A DNA stretch of 64,000 nucleotides. Source: Eledone cirrhosa. Taxonomy: Eukaryota. The notes under the pieces are model-generated. The model ran no database searches, was not told the origin of the DNA, and was given only the letters and a program-made list of their open reading frames with translations. Positions 26,487-43,601 of the stretch are shown here, in pieces. The stretch covers positions 54,560,001-54,624,000 of the forward strand of contig OZ024745.1 of the NCBI GenBank assembly GCA_964016885.1. Direction: 5' to 3'. Made by a program: the position numbers and the translations under genes. Position 1 is the stretch's first letter, and each line of letters begins with the position of its first letter.

Positions 26487-27062
26487 TCTTTCTTTATTTG
26501 CCACAGGGGCGTACAAAAATGGTACATTACAAGCGGTGGTTTTACATAAAAATAATTTTAACATTAATAAATACCAATAAACTATATATGATAAAATAAC
26601 AATTGAAATCCCCAATAGGGGGGAACGTTACTGCACGGCTGTTTTACACCCCGTGGATAGAACAACCCTCAACAGGAACACGTTTTGTAGGTGTTGCTGT
26701 CTTCCCTCTGTTTATTTTCCTCAACCTACAGGTTTATATACAGAGAAGGCCCATTCACTCGGGCCATATTCGCCACATTTACCCACCTTTCAGCGAATTT
26801 AATGGGATGTAGCACCACTCTCTCCACTCTCACCTTACTTCTGAAGTGATACTTAAAGAAGGGGATAAGTTGTTGTCCGGAGAGAAAGGTGTTTGCCCTC
26901 AGTCCTTTTAACCTCGTCCACCATATTACCTCTTTCGCCATAGCCACCAGACAGAGGAAAACCGCCTCTCCTTCATTCTTAAATGAAGGCGGCGGGGTGA
27001 TCCTCACGATGGACTCGGCCGACAACTGGATGCGTCCCACACGTGACAGTAGATGTTCGTAG
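26487..27062 (-). mobile_element. 3' end of Tx1/L1-clade LINE in a (GATA)n microsatellite
   Basis: ORF2 C-terminus AVFLCLVAMAKEVIWWTRLK..FAERW, then 3'UTR and aataaa; GATA/ATAG repeats at both junctions. Confidence 0.7.
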
Positions 27063-27144
27063 ATAGACAGACAGATAGATAGGTAGATAGAGATATACAT
27101 ATAGATAAATAGATAGATAGAGAGAGAGAGAGAGGGAGAGAGAG

Positions 27145-27251
<107 letters not shown>

Positions 27252-27274
27252 ATTTGTGTGGAGAAGCAATGAAG

Positions 27275-27650
27275 CCAGTGTCTTACTGCTACGTTATTGA
27301 TACCGAAAGTATGACAAGTCAAGTTGATAACGACGAGATTTGAGCAACATTCGATGTCTGAATGGACACTGCATAACATGTTTCACTTTAGGAATCATTA
27401 GATATTCGCGCAGGAACTTAACAAAATGTTACTGGAATGATTTGAGTAAACTCATGAATGTAGTCAAAGTTGGCATCAATGGTTTAACAAAGAGACACTG
27501 TGCACATTTTCTCAGCAAAACATATAGCAAAGGAAACACCTATAACATTATTCAACACGAGAGTTTATTCACTAGACAAGCTAAACCTAGAAACCAAATC
27601 TCACTCAATGTCCACCTTATCTTACAATTGGAAGGACTCATTTGCTAATG
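27275..27650 (+). pseudogene. Near-complete decayed CTL domain
   Basis: SYCYVIDTESMT..., CYWNDLSK (YWIGLS-like), HQWFNKET, YNWKDS in CTL order across frames. Confidence 0.45.
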
Positions 27651-27854
27651 TTGACCTGTTGAACCGCAAAAAGGCAGGATGAGCACGGCCGTGTGAAATG
27701 ATTTTTACCATCATATCACTAGTATCACTATCACTCTTGTTAACAAGTTTAGTATCATCATTAAATTATCTTCCAACATGATAATCACTACGTAAGACTA
27801 CATCCCATGACCAGCATTATCACTACCTATACTAGTAATGATAAGAACATAACA

Positions 27855-28036
27855 TGGATTGGCAGTATCGGTAGAGAGTCGGACGCCATGCTTTCCAGCA
27901 TAGTTACGTCCCTTTACGATCTGAGTTCAAATCCCGCCGAGGTTGACTTTGTCTTTCATCCTTACGGGGTCGATAAAATAAAGTACCAGTAATGCACTGG
28001 TGGATTGCTGGCCTTGTGCCTAAAGTAGAAACAATT
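27855..28036 (+). mobile_element. SINE copy
   Basis: A-box-like, B-box gagttcaaatccc, core and tail present. Confidence 0.9.
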
Positions 28037-28609
28037 ATCATAATATATTCAGAATTATTTTGGAGAAATAAAAGCCGAGATGGTCAAGATAGGATTATTT
28101 TTCGATATGGGTCTCTTCGCATCAATGCCAAACAATCACTAGCATGACTACTGCCATCGCTACTATTACAACCAGCATAACGATCTTCCCGAACTGTTAT
28201 GTTCTCACAATCACCATCACGCCAATAACACAGCCAGCTCTACTATAACTTCAATAACAACATCATCAATCATCACCCCACCCAGTTATTTATAAACAAC
28301 CACTACCACAACTGCACGAGCACCTACAACATTATCAGAACCACAAACAGAGCAAAAACAACACTGAATCCACAACCCCTATCACCACCCATATTACAAA
28401 GACTGACGTCAGTATTGTCCCTCTGAAACCATCACTACAGCTACAATAATCACCACCACCACCACCACCATCCTCACCACCACAACCAGCCACGCCACAA
28501 CTTGCACTAACAACCCCTCAACCACCGATACCAACATCAGCAGCACGACTATCACACGTCCAACATTAATCTGGCATTATGCCTACATACCACCACGCAA
28601 TGCCAGACT

Positions 28610-29268
<659 letters not shown>

Positions 29269-29849
29269 CGTATTATCCCAGAAATGAACAAACCAAAGAG
29301 TTTATATGGACATATTTGCAATATTTAGCATATGTTGTGGCTTTGGGACATAATCTAACATTCACTAGAAACATGAAATATTTTGGAAATACTCCAAATG
29401 CTACATAATACTGTATTACACTCTGCTATGTTTCAGCACTACTAACAATTCGTATTACACCAGTTCATTTCATCCAAAAAAAAAAAAAAAAAGAAACCTT
29501 TACAATCGCCCAATGTTTCTTTCCCATTAAACCGTTTAAAAACCACAGAACTACTCTATCAGCAACCACTGGTAACTGTAGGGTTTAGTATGAGAACAAC
29601 AGGGAAAACAATGTGAAAACTTATTTGAAAAAGGGCTTTCATGTTCACTCAATCTTTGACGATAAAATGTACTGTTAAATATTATATATTTACTGTTGTT
29701 TTACACGGTACCCTTAAATATCATATGTATTGTTTTTGCTATATCAATATTTTGCGGAAAAATATATCTATAATCTCATTTCTGCATTCCTTCTTGGTAG
29801 CAGTTTGCCCACCTGCATCTAAGAAACTGCCGACAAGTACTTGAACGCA

Positions 29850-30770
29850 GGAAGGGCAAGATCTAGAAGCAAAAGTAGAGGTTGATTGGGAGTAGGAAAA
29901 ACTAAACAAACATCAGATGAATCAAATGAAGAATGTCAGCACATGGGAATACTGATAAAAGGAGTAGAGGTAACCCAATGCACGTGTTAGAGTGTGTCTG
30001 GAGTAGAGGGAGATCAAAAGGATATTGTTCGAAGAGAAAAGCAAAGAAATGGAAAAATCTATGGCGAGATATGACACTAGGCATCTGTACAGAATTGTCA
30101 AAGAGAGCTGACAAGAATAAGAAGTGATTTCTGAGGGCAAATGAAGAGTATGTATGTTTGGATGCTAGTAAAAAATGTGAAACAATCAGCAAGGTTAACA
30201 TTTCCAGGAAGTGCTCAATCGACCAAAACATGTCGACCTCTTAAGCTTCGACCAGAAAAGGTCGTTTGTAGATCAACTTGACGTGATATCTCGACGAAAG
30301 AATTCAGCAAAGCTATCGGTTACCCGAAGAACAGGGCAGCAAGGGTAAACAAGATAACTGTAGAAATGCTTAAAAATAGAAGCCATGACACCGCATGTGT
30401 TGGGACATCTCATGAATCAATAAGGCACTAAGAAGAGCTCATCAAGGCTTATGGTGATGGCGTAATGATAACATTATCCAGGAAAGTAGCTTAAGCTGAC
30501 TGTAACAACTGGTATGGGATAACATTGCTGATTGTCCCTGGAAAAGCTTTTTGTTGTGATACTAGGCATCTACTTAAACCGCTCTGAGTCAGGGGTAGAA
30601 GTTTGTGCAGTAAAGTCATCTTCATTCAAGTTAACATCATTGCGAGGAGACAGGAGTTCCAACAGCCGCTAATGGTGGACTTCATATATTTCAAATTGAC
30701 CTAGAATAGTCAGCACGGCAAGCCTCTATGGAAGGTTGTGGAGCTGTATGGAGTTAAATGCTAAATATGT
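29850..30770 (+). mobile_element. Decayed RTE-clade LINE RT fragment
   Basis: KNRAARVNKITVEMLK; DCNNWYGITLLIVPGKAFC; QQPLMVDFI..LWKVVELYGV. Confidence 0.75.
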
Positions 30771-30942
30771 TTACGAAAGCTAAGTCGGCAAATTGTCTCC
30801 AGACGTTTATAAACATTCCAGCAAATGCACATAGCACGTGATACTCAATACACTTAAAGACGTAATGTTTTGTATCTTCCTTTCATGGTATATTTCTTTC
30901 TTCTGCCCGCCACTATTACTCTCTCACTCACACTTTATATAT

Positions 30943-31013
<71 letters not shown>

Positions 31014-31504
31014 TTTTGTGTGTGTGTGTGTGTCTGCGTGTGTGCGTGTTTGTGTGTTTGCGTGTCTGTGTATATATATGTATATATATATATATATATA
31101 ATGCATGTATATATATATATATATATATAGATGTATATGTGTATGTATTTATATATAGATGTATTTACATAAAGTATGACTGTTGTCTGCAATATTACTG
31201 TCACATTACAATGGTATAGAAATGTACACACAGTAAGTCATTGGAGCTAATGCCATAGGAGTGTGTAATCAATAAAATGTTTTCTGTTTTGTAAGTGGAA
31301 TTGCTTTTTACAGTTTATTACAAACCACCCTCAGGCTAGCCTCACACTGATTCTTGATTAATGTTATAGATATAAGTGTATATCATATATAGGTGCATAC
31401 CTATATATATATATATATATTCATACAAACATCTACGCCCAGTCTTTGACCGTCCCAATATATATAATATATATTATATAAATACACACACATACATACG
31501 TACA

Positions 31505-31607
<103 letters not shown>

Positions 31608-31646
31608 GTGTGTGTGTGGCGTGTGTGATGTGTGTGTGTGTGTGTG

Positions 31647-31710
<64 letters not shown>

Positions 31711-31976
31711 CCTGCGAATGAGAATGGTGTTTCCAAAAAGAACGGAAAGACCACAGTTAAATTAAGTAGAGGAGGGAAACGTTATTCTTCCCTCTTTTTC
31801 TCTTTCTCTTTCTCTTTTCACCTCCTCTATGTTCTACCTTAACTCTTTCCTGGTTAACGGCTTTCGTCCAATATGATCTCATATTCCTTTTTACTTTTAG
31901 CTTAACATAGGAGAGCGAAACTGAAAAGAACTTTTATTACTGACCTCTGTCTTTGCCTTGTTTATCACCTTGAAAT

Positions 31977-32034
<58 letters not shown>

Positions 32035-32287
32035 GCGCATATACACACACATAAACACACGAACACACATACACATATTGGTTGATTGGCTAATATACAC
32101 GTATTCTGAAGAGAGTGCAATATTTTTATATTTACAGTGAAATTTGTATTTTCTGGCATGTTTGCATGACTACATATTTGATATGTGTATATATTTATAC
32201 ACGTTTGTACGGGCTCATTTACACACTTTCTGTTTATTCAAATATAAACCTATCATACAATTCGGCTTCTAGCGCACTTCGTACACA

Positions 32288-32398
<111 letters not shown>

Positions 32399-32555
32399 CA
32401 TACACATATATATGCATATGTATATATATATATATATAATTCTAACGGAACTAACATGATCGTAGCTCACGGTCTGACAATAGCTCAAGCAGCTAGTTTT
32501 CGTTTTCCGATTTCAATGTTAATAGCTCGTATTATATTTCACTCTCACACATATA

Positions 32556-32610
<55 letters not shown>

Positions 32611-33122
32611 CCCCCCCACATATATATATACATATTTGTATACATATATATATGTAAATATGTATGTGTGTATGTGTGTGTTGTATTTGTGTATATGTAT
32701 GTATGTATATATATAAGTCATCCTCATTTAAACTCCCTGTGTCTGTCTGTCTCAGTAACCTTATTTATATATGTATATATACTTCTCATAATTTCTCTCT
32801 TCTCTCTTCCTCTACATATCCATTCATGTATATAGTTGCTTCCGTTTGAACATACTCAACGAATGCTCCGGGATATAGTCATGTTACTATACAAAGAATT
32901 ACATAAAACATGCCATTATGATAATCAAAGCAGATGCAACATGAATGGCTAAGATGAATCTAACAAGAAAACTATGAACACATTCTTCTCATAGATCTTA
33001 GAATAATATCTAGCGCTTATGAATATATTAGGTTGTGCATTTAATTCAACATTTTACGACTACGTTTAGAGTATCACGACCGGTGCATATGTATGTGTGT
33101 ATGTATGTACGTTTGTATTCAT

Positions 33123-33174
<52 letters not shown>

Positions 33175-33741
33175 ATGTCTGTCTGTCTGTCTGTCTGTAT
33201 GTATGTATGTATGTATGTATGTATGTATATATATATATTTGTATGTGTGTGTATAGGTATGTGTGTGTTTGTGTTTGTCTGCATAAGTGCATGTATGCAA
33301 GTATGGATATCACTGTATATTTGATCCTTATACTTTGAATATACGCTTTGTATCTACACGTCTGTAAATATAGTTATTGTATGCGAAACCTCTAGAATCA
33401 TGTGCATAGTTTACAGCTCAGGTAACGGACTGTAAATATTCTTACATAGCTGTATTCCTTCTGGTTTCGTGAAGCTCGAGATCTCACAATTTGTGCTAAG
33501 TCTGTTAGTAACATATCCAGGAAGCCCTGATGCTTTCTCCCATGATTCAGGATAGTTCGCATAATCAACGCCAGTTTTTTCGCCGTTGGAAAGAGACAGC
33601 AATATACTTTTCGAAAAGGACTCTCTATTTAAAGCCAGAATACGTCTTTTTCTAACCCACATTTAATGTCTATGCGGTATGAATGTTCTATTGCAACTGA
33701 CAATACAGTTTTCGGTGGTCTTATTTATGCCAATCATTAAT

Positions 33742-33927
33742 GGGGCCGTGGATTGGCAGTATCGGTAGAGAGTCGGACACCATGCTTTGAAGCATAGAGT
33801 TACGTCTCTTTATGATCTTTATGATCTCGCCGAGGTTAACTTTGCCTTTCATCCTTACGGGGTGGATAAAATAAAGTACCAGTAATGTACTGAGTTTTTG
33901 ATGGCCTTGTGCCAAAAATAGAAACAT
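33742..33927 (+). mobile_element. SINE copy (B-box region rearranged)
   Basis: Family head, core and tail. Confidence 0.85.
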
Positions 33928-34571
33928 TTAATTTGGTAATTTGTTTTCAAACTCGCGAAATCTAGGCACCTTTAGAGGCATCCATTACAGGCTTCATCGT
34001 AACTGTATACTTGGGTTGTGATAGTTTTTGAGAGCGAACAGTGTCACTAATTGCTCCATCTCCCCTAGTATCTTACCCAAACTCCGTCTGATTTATTTAT
34101 TGTATTCCCTACTTTTGAACGAAAATAGGGTATGATTTGAGGGAGAATTTCACGTTATATCTAGCAGAGCATGCGACAGCTTACTTCGTATAACCGAAAT
34201 TAAGGTTATTGATAATTATGTCATTCTTAATTGTATTGTTCTTCCCAATCAACTTTTTTCCATATCAACATTTATGAACTTATGAAGAATACAATTTGAA
34301 AATATAAGAGATGCTTGTAAGATTAACAATTCGTAGCTCTACCAAAGGTAAATCCTAGAAGAACAGTTGGCGCTTAGAATATACGTATTATGTTTAACAC
34401 AGAAAACATAACAGATAAAAGTTAAGTAATTATTAATACATTAATTCCTTTCATACAAACGGTAACCTGTGGAAATGTTTGTATGTTCTCCGTGTTTAAC
34501 TTCGCAGCTTTAATTGCTGACTTTACAGGATTTAAGTTTGACTTTCGGGTATTCTATTCTATAATAATATT

Positions 34572-34706
34572 TACACATTGCTTTGCTAAAGTATGGTGAA
34601 ATTCATATGTATGTATATATATATATATATACATACATATGAATTTCACCATACTTAAGCAAAGCAATGTGTACACATTGCTAAAGTATGGTGAAATTCA
34701 TATGTA
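34572..34706. repeat. Forward-reverse-forward local duplication centred on (TA)n
   Basis: Palindrome 34572-34673 followed by a third, direct copy. Confidence 0.9.
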
Positions 34707-35265
34707 TATATATATATATATATATATACATATATACATGTGTGTGTGTGTGTACATGTGTGTGTGTGTGTTTGTGTGTGTGTGCGTGTGCGTGTTTGTG
34801 TAGAAACCTACTTCCATACCGCCACATACATACACATATAAATATATACGCCGGGCTCCATATTATCATGATCTATAATACTACTACAGCTACTACACTC
34901 AAACATACACACACACACACGCGCGTGAGCACAGCAGACATTCTCGGAAAAGAGAGAAAAAGAAAAAACACCAAGATAATGAAAAATAATAATTCATGAG
35001 ATATTGGATAGAATTTTCAAGAAAATTCTCATATATTTTATCTGTTTTTGAGTCTACATTTTTCACTTTACGCAGACATACACTCGAACTATATAATACA
35101 TAAAATACGTTCGTATATCTTTTCTCTCTCTGTCTCTATCTCTCTCTCTCTCTCTCTCTCTCACCCTCTCTTTCTCTTACCCCCCCCTCTCATACACAAA
35201 CACACACTCGCACAGGGGCACATACATATGGGTACACATAACTAGAAACAAACATTCATAGTCGA

Positions 35266-35974
<709 letters not shown>

Positions 35975-36284
35975 TATATGTACATAAATATATATATGTA
36001 CATATATGTATATTTGTATATTCAAATATATATGCATATATTTCTGTTTCTATCTATCTATCTATCTATCTATTTATCTAGCTATTTATATTTCCCTCTC
36101 TATATATATACACACACAAACATACACAAACATACACATGTACTTAGATGTATATATGTGTGTCTGTTCGGGTATATGTTGAATGTATATGTTGTCTGCC
36201 TTGTTCAAGGAAATATATATGCGTAGAAATTACGCATGCATTAAACCGTCGTATATATGTATTCTTATATTTATTTCTCTACCA

Positions 36285-36593
<309 letters not shown>

Positions 36594-36906
36594 AGAGAGG
36601 CAAAACATATGTAATCTCATGTATTGCCTAGGCAGTGATACAAACACTCACACTTATATACTTATGCATACACACACCGCTCACACACATTGATACACAT
36701 GCATATAGGTATGTTGAAATATATCTGGGTGTATTTGTGTGCACGCTTGTAAGAGTATACGAACTACATGACCGTAAATAGTTTTGCCGATCTCTGTGTT
36801 TGTATGTATTTCGTACATAAATATAGATATTAGTATATAAATATATATTTATATTTGAATATATATATATATATTCTAATATATATATATATATATATAT
36901 ACACAT

Positions 36907-36998
<92 letters not shown>

Positions 36999-37017
36999 TT
37001 ATGTGTATATATATATA

Positions 37018-37091
<74 letters not shown>

Positions 37092-37379
37092 TATATACAT
37101 TTCTATATCTACATACACATATATACAAATACAAAAAAATACACCATTTAATAAACAAAAAAAATAAAATAGAACCAAAAAGAAACAAAGAAAAATACAA
37201 AATACTCAAACAATCACACGTAGACAATATTTACTTTCTATAGATATTTTTTTTCATTATTGTTATTGTATTGCTGATGTTGCTGATGCTACCGTTGCTG
37301 TTGTTGTAGTTGTGGTCGTCATCGTTATTTTTGTTGTTGTGCATTCAATTATTTATTTCAGCTATTTCCTATTCTTTGC

Positions 37380-37490
37380 CAAATTATATTTCCGTTATAT
37401 TTCCCTATAGTAATATATTTGGTAAGGGAATCCTGCTAGGCGCGACATTGGCCAGTTGTTGGAGTATATTGTTGGCTACGTGGCTAAGAT
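37380..37490 (+). pseudogene. CTL N-terminal remnant
   Basis: RESC/LGATLAS resembles ARxxCxxLGATLAS. Confidence 0.45.
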
Positions 37491-37849
37491 GTCGATTAAT
37501 TGTACTGAATGATAGTTGTCTATTACTATTATAAATCTATAGCATTTTTGCGCTGTTTTGCGTTCAGTTCAGTAGTAAAATATTAAATTATATTTCGACT
37601 TATGTAGGAGAATATAGAACAGACTATTGTTTACCTTGTTGTTTATCCATTAATCATTACTGATCGAGTAGACGTACGTTCAAATGTACTTCAAACATGT
37701 TTAGATTCATTGCAACCTTAATCTCCCACCACTTGTTTTATTTTTGGCGGGACTGGGTGTGGGAGTGACAACGAGAATTACATCAACTAATAAATAATAT
37801 GTTTTTTTCTATTTGGAAATAAAGTGACAGATTTGAAATGTTCTAGAGT

Positions 37850-38250
37850 GTCAGTTGTTTGTGAAAGTTACCTTGCTGGTTGCTTCTCAGCAAGTGTATA
37901 ATGTAAATTGTGACAGCAATGTGTATTGGCTGTATTGGTGGTACATAGGAACACATTTGTGTCATTAATGGAGAAATATTAACCGACGTGGTGTGGTGAC
38001 GTTATCAGAAGTGTGATGAATTGGGTTTGTATGTTTATGAGCTCGTGCATGTTATATAGATAAAGGTTGTAGTTTCGAGTGTATTTAATAGTGGTCATGG
38101 AAGTGAATCCGTAGTTATCATCAACGCCTCTGGTAAAGAAGTGATGGTCAACAAAATAATTGTTTGAGTATATGAAACCGTCATAACATAGAGAAAATAT
38201 GGCTGGCACATAATTGGGGAGTTAACATGTCCTTCAATACATGAAATCTT
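37850..38250 (-). mobile_element. Decayed Penelope-like RT fragment
   Basis: FFTRGVDDNYGF resembles FxRYVDD; preceded by PNYVPAIF (PSYAxLF-like). Confidence 0.4.
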
Positions 38251-38689
38251 AAGCGAAGTACACAGTGGGTAATAATTGGTAAGTATACAACAAGATTGTA
38301 AATGTGAGGATACATACTTTTGATTACAAATTCAAGACAAAGGAAAATAAGCATATGAAGCGATGCGTATGGATAATTTTCAAGACATTATTGAAAGTTA
38401 CATAGAAATAAAACATTGATTTTCAACATATTTTTAATTAACAGAAAAAGTTAACAGGTAGCGTCAAAATAATATCTGCTGGTTGACAATGGTAGCTGAG
38501 TAGGTAATTCATATGGAATAATTTATTATGAAAAAGTAAAAAAATAAAAGATTAATTGACAATAGAGCAACTCATCGTAGATAAAATCATATTGATTTTA
38601 CATCGCAACATTATCGAAGAAAAACTGGATCGAAGAGCATTGATACGAGCCCCTTATAATTGGAAACCATTACGATTACTGGTTTGATA

Positions 38690-38830
38690 TTTGCAGTGGA
38701 TAGGTGCACAGGAAAATATATACTGGGATATACGCGAAATATTAACACTAATACTAAATCCTACAAACACGGTAAATTGTGTATAACGTAGCGTAAAAAC
38801 AAACCTGGTTATTGGATAATGCATAAGAGA
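38690..38830 (+). pseudogene. CTL second-half remnant
   Basis: LQWIGAQENIYWDIRE...KLCIT*RKNKPGYW. Confidence 0.45.
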
Positions 38831-39010
38831 TCGGTGGAAAGTGAAATAAAACAAAGCAAATAGAAAAGATAATCAGCCAATAGTTCTAGTAAAACATTTT
38901 AAACACTTCCTGATATAACATAATAAACAATTTACTGGAAATTGTTACATAACAATTGGTTATATGTACATAAATATGCATAAACACACATACACACACA
39001 AACACACATA

Positions 39011-39196
<186 letters not shown>

Positions 39197-39351
39197 CAGT
39201 ACTGAAACGAAGTCATCGGAAGGGACCGATATACTTTCAATCGTTTTTCAACTCACTGAATGATGTAATTAACCTATTAAAATATCTTTAACATACCAAA
39301 CCTAAAGGAAAGCAGAGTGCACACCCATACGTTAGATAATGAGAAAAACGA

Positions 39352-39493
39352 TTCTGTGACTCGGATTAATGCATTAGTTTCTGCTACTCAATCTGCTGGC
39401 GACAGGCCATATGGAACTGACGTGCAAAGAAATTAGGCAATGCTATTAAGCATTACGTAATTGGCTGAGAGCAGCTTCATCAGTGAGGAATTA
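39352..39493 (+). pseudogene. CTL N-terminal exon remnant
   Basis: FCDSD*CISFCYSI...IWN..TCK..LLSIT*LAESSFISEEL closely follows the CTL N-terminal pattern CY...W..C...LLSI....E..FI. Confidence 0.6.
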
Positions 39494-39587
39494 GCCTCTT
39501 CGGAATATATAAATATCTATAATATTCATTATAGAAATTGCTTCTACAGCACTAGAACTATTTCATCCGAAGGAACTCACACAAACG

Positions 39588-39626
<39 letters not shown>

Positions 39627-39642
39627 GCACACACACACACAC

Positions 39643-39698
<56 letters not shown>

Positions 39699-40126
39699 GC
39701 GCACACACACAGACACGCAGACACACACACATATATATAAATATATATACGTAGACCGATGGATATATAAAGTTGATTGTGACATCGTAAGTTTGATAAT
39801 GATCTCTCGGCGAAACCTTTTACAATAGAATCAATTTTTCAGAATAAATATATATATGATACTATTCATTCTATTATGACATTTTATCATGTTTGTTGTT
39901 CTTAGAGATTAACAAGACGCTGATGTTAACATATCTGTGTATTTGTGTTCAGGAGTACGTTACTGTGCATGTATATGTTATGTTTATATGCATATGTTTG
40001 TGCATTCGATGAACTTAACACTTCCATCGGACAACAAATTAGGTAGCTATGTCTTGTATTCTATACTGGAATAGTTGTCTTCAATAGACGATCGCCCAGT
40101 ATTTTAGAATATATAATTGTATATAA

Positions 40127-40225
<99 letters not shown>

Positions 40226-40444
40226 GAGAAAGAGAGAGTCTATGGTGCTGATACCGCAGACACCACAAATCATGAGGGTACTCAATGCATGGGAAAATGC
40301 AAAGAGGAACATACTCTGGTATAATCCCGAAACACCATTTCGTGACTCCGTAAGGTTTATACTTATACACCCTTCTCTCTCTCTGTATATATATATATAC
40401 ACACACACACGCACGCGCACCCCCCCCCCCCCCACACACACATA

Positions 40445-40600
40445 TATATGTTAGCGTCGGTGTTCTGTATCGTTTCCATATGCCAAAGTCTCGAGCAATC
40501 TAGTAGACGATGTAACACATTGGCACGCAGAGGGATCCAACCCGAAACAGACTGGTTTGGAAACCAAATTCTTAAACACATCGCCATAAATGGCACCACA
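40445..40600 (-). mobile_element. Diverged tRNA-headed SINE of a second family
   Basis: Minus strand tggcgatgtgtttaag...gggttggatccc (A/B-box-like), ending in TG/TA repeats. Confidence 0.5.
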
Positions 40601-40845
40601 TATTAATATACAAGATGATGTATGTTTACATAAATGTGAATTTATGAATGTTTATGAGCATTCATACACGAATTCAATTATTTCCAAATATATGTAGAGA
40701 GATCTATAGATTTATGTATGAATATACATATGTATATCTCTCATTCTCCCACTAAGCTCTTTCCCTCTTTGTCCAACTCACTCTGCTGTCCTCTCTTTTT
40801 ACATACAGACACACATACATATATACATGAATGCGTATGTATGTA

Positions 40846-41368
<523 letters not shown>

Positions 41369-41832
41369 ATGTTTATATGTTTATGCACATCAATATATTT
41401 ATTCTTGGCTGTATTTGCATGTATAGTAAACATCGATCTAAATGACTGCTATCGAACAACTCTTAGCGGCAGTTGTTTAGACTATGTGTGCCAAACAGCG
41501 TGGCCCAAAGCTGTCTTGCTAGTAGTACACAACATCAGATGGTATTTGAATTACTAGTAAAAATGACAACCGAGAAAGATATATGAAAGTTGTGAAATTA
41601 ATAATAGAAATACCAAGAGAGAAAGTGTGACGAGAGTGGGGAGGGAAAATCCAATAGCAATAAATAAGGCGGAGTGAGATGATAACAACAGCAACAAGAA
41701 AAACAACTATAATATCACTACTCCACCCTCTCTCTCCCTCACTCTTCATTATTTCTTTCAAATCTCTTTTTCCACATCTTTATACTTTTATTTTTACACA
41801 ATTTACTCATCAACTACCATTAATAACAATAA

Positions 41833-42553
41833 TAATTGTTTCTACTTTAGGCACAAGGCCAGCAATTTGAAGTGGAGGTAAAATTCGATTAAATCGATAC
41901 CAGTACGTTACTGGTACTTTATTGTATCGACCCCCCCTGAGGATGAAAGACAAATCTAAACTCGGTAGGATTAATAATTATTTCTATTTTAGGCACAAGG
42001 CCAGCAATTATCCCAGCGCATTACTGGTACTTTATTTTATCGACCCCGTAAGGCAAAGTTAACCTCGGCGGGATTTCAACTCAGATATGAAAGGGACGTA
42101 ACTCTATGCTTCAAAGCATGGTATCCGACTCTCTACCGATATTGCCAATCCACGTAGGATTAATAATAACAATATCTATAAAATTATCATGTTGATGATG
42201 ATGGTGGTGTAGATGTAAATAATAATTGCAATAACACACACATACACACACACATAGACATATTAATGAAATGGTGAGAGAGGTGTTATTGATGAACTAG
42301 TTCATAATAATAATTATTTCTACTTTTGGTACTTTATTTTATCGACCCCGTAAGGATGAAAGGCAAAGTTAACCTCGGCGGGATTTGAACTCAGACCATA
42401 AAGGACCGTAACTCTTTGCTGCAAAGCATGGCGTCCGACCCTCTAATAATTGTTTCTACTTTAGGCACAAGGCCAGCATTTACTCAGTGCATTACTGGTA
42501 CTTTATTTTATCGACTCCATAAGGATGAAAGGCAAAGTCAACCTCAGCGGGAT
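41833..42553 (-). mobile_element. Cluster of four nested or adjacent SINE copies
   Basis: Copies at about 41833-41970, 41980-42152 (TSD gtaggattaataat), 42312-42445 and 42449-42553. Confidence 0.9.
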
Positions 42554-43064
42554 AATAATGATGATAGCCATGTAAGATGAAAAGTATAAAGAGATAGATA
42601 ACAGGACATAGATCTAAATGTGGAAACAGAGATTTGAAGATTTTGAAGGAAATAGCGAAAAAGGCGGAGAGTGAGGGAGGTGAGTGACAGGCTTGGAGAA
42701 AGATGAGGATAGGGATAAAGAGAGGCAGGCGATCGATAGGAAGTAAGTCGTTGGAAGACAAAGAAAAAGGGATAAATTAATCGAAGATATATAACTGTGT
42801 AAGTATTACGTGTATTGATAATGCTATTTCTTGACCTATCGATGACTTTATGATGCTATCCTACATGCGCCAAGTCACAGTGAGAAAAACAATGAAATAT
42901 TATGTATGTTTATAATTTAATACGCATATTAAGCCGGCGCATACAACCATGCACAAACGTACATAATCCTACATACACATACACACAAGGATATATATAT
43001 ATATATATATACTTATGCATATATATATATATATATATATGCATAAGTATTTAAGTAACATATA

Positions 43065-43159
<95 letters not shown>

Positions 43160-43163
<4 letters not shown>

Positions 43164-43404
43164 ACCAAGTATGAACCCGACGGCAGAGCTCAAGCCGTTT
43201 CGACGGCTAATTCTAGTCCAGAATTAGCCGTCGAAGCGGCTTTAGCTCTGCCGACGGCTAATTCTGGACTAGAATTAGCCGTCGAAACGGCTTGAGCTTT
43301 GCCGTCGGGGTCATACTTGTTCCTATTACCCACTCTACTACTCTAAGTATTGAGTACTTTGGTCGTTATGGTCCATCTGGTTCCCTACCACATTTCCTTC
43401 GTTA
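43160..43404 (+). mobile_element. Family A copy 2, double fold-back
   Basis: The ctaattctggacta/tagtccagaattag segment is inverted twice; GAAA at 43284-43287, GTC at 43304-43306; (TA)n flanks. Confidence 0.8.
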
Positions 43405-43415
43405 TATATATATAT

Positions 43416-43558
<143 letters not shown>

Positions 43559-43601
43559 TATACTTATACATATATTAAGTAAGGGCTCTGATTTTCCTAA
43601 G

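Noticed and set aside
27855-27945. tRNA gene
   Set aside because: The A/B boxes belong to a SINE head; no cloverleaf, and the SINE core follows.
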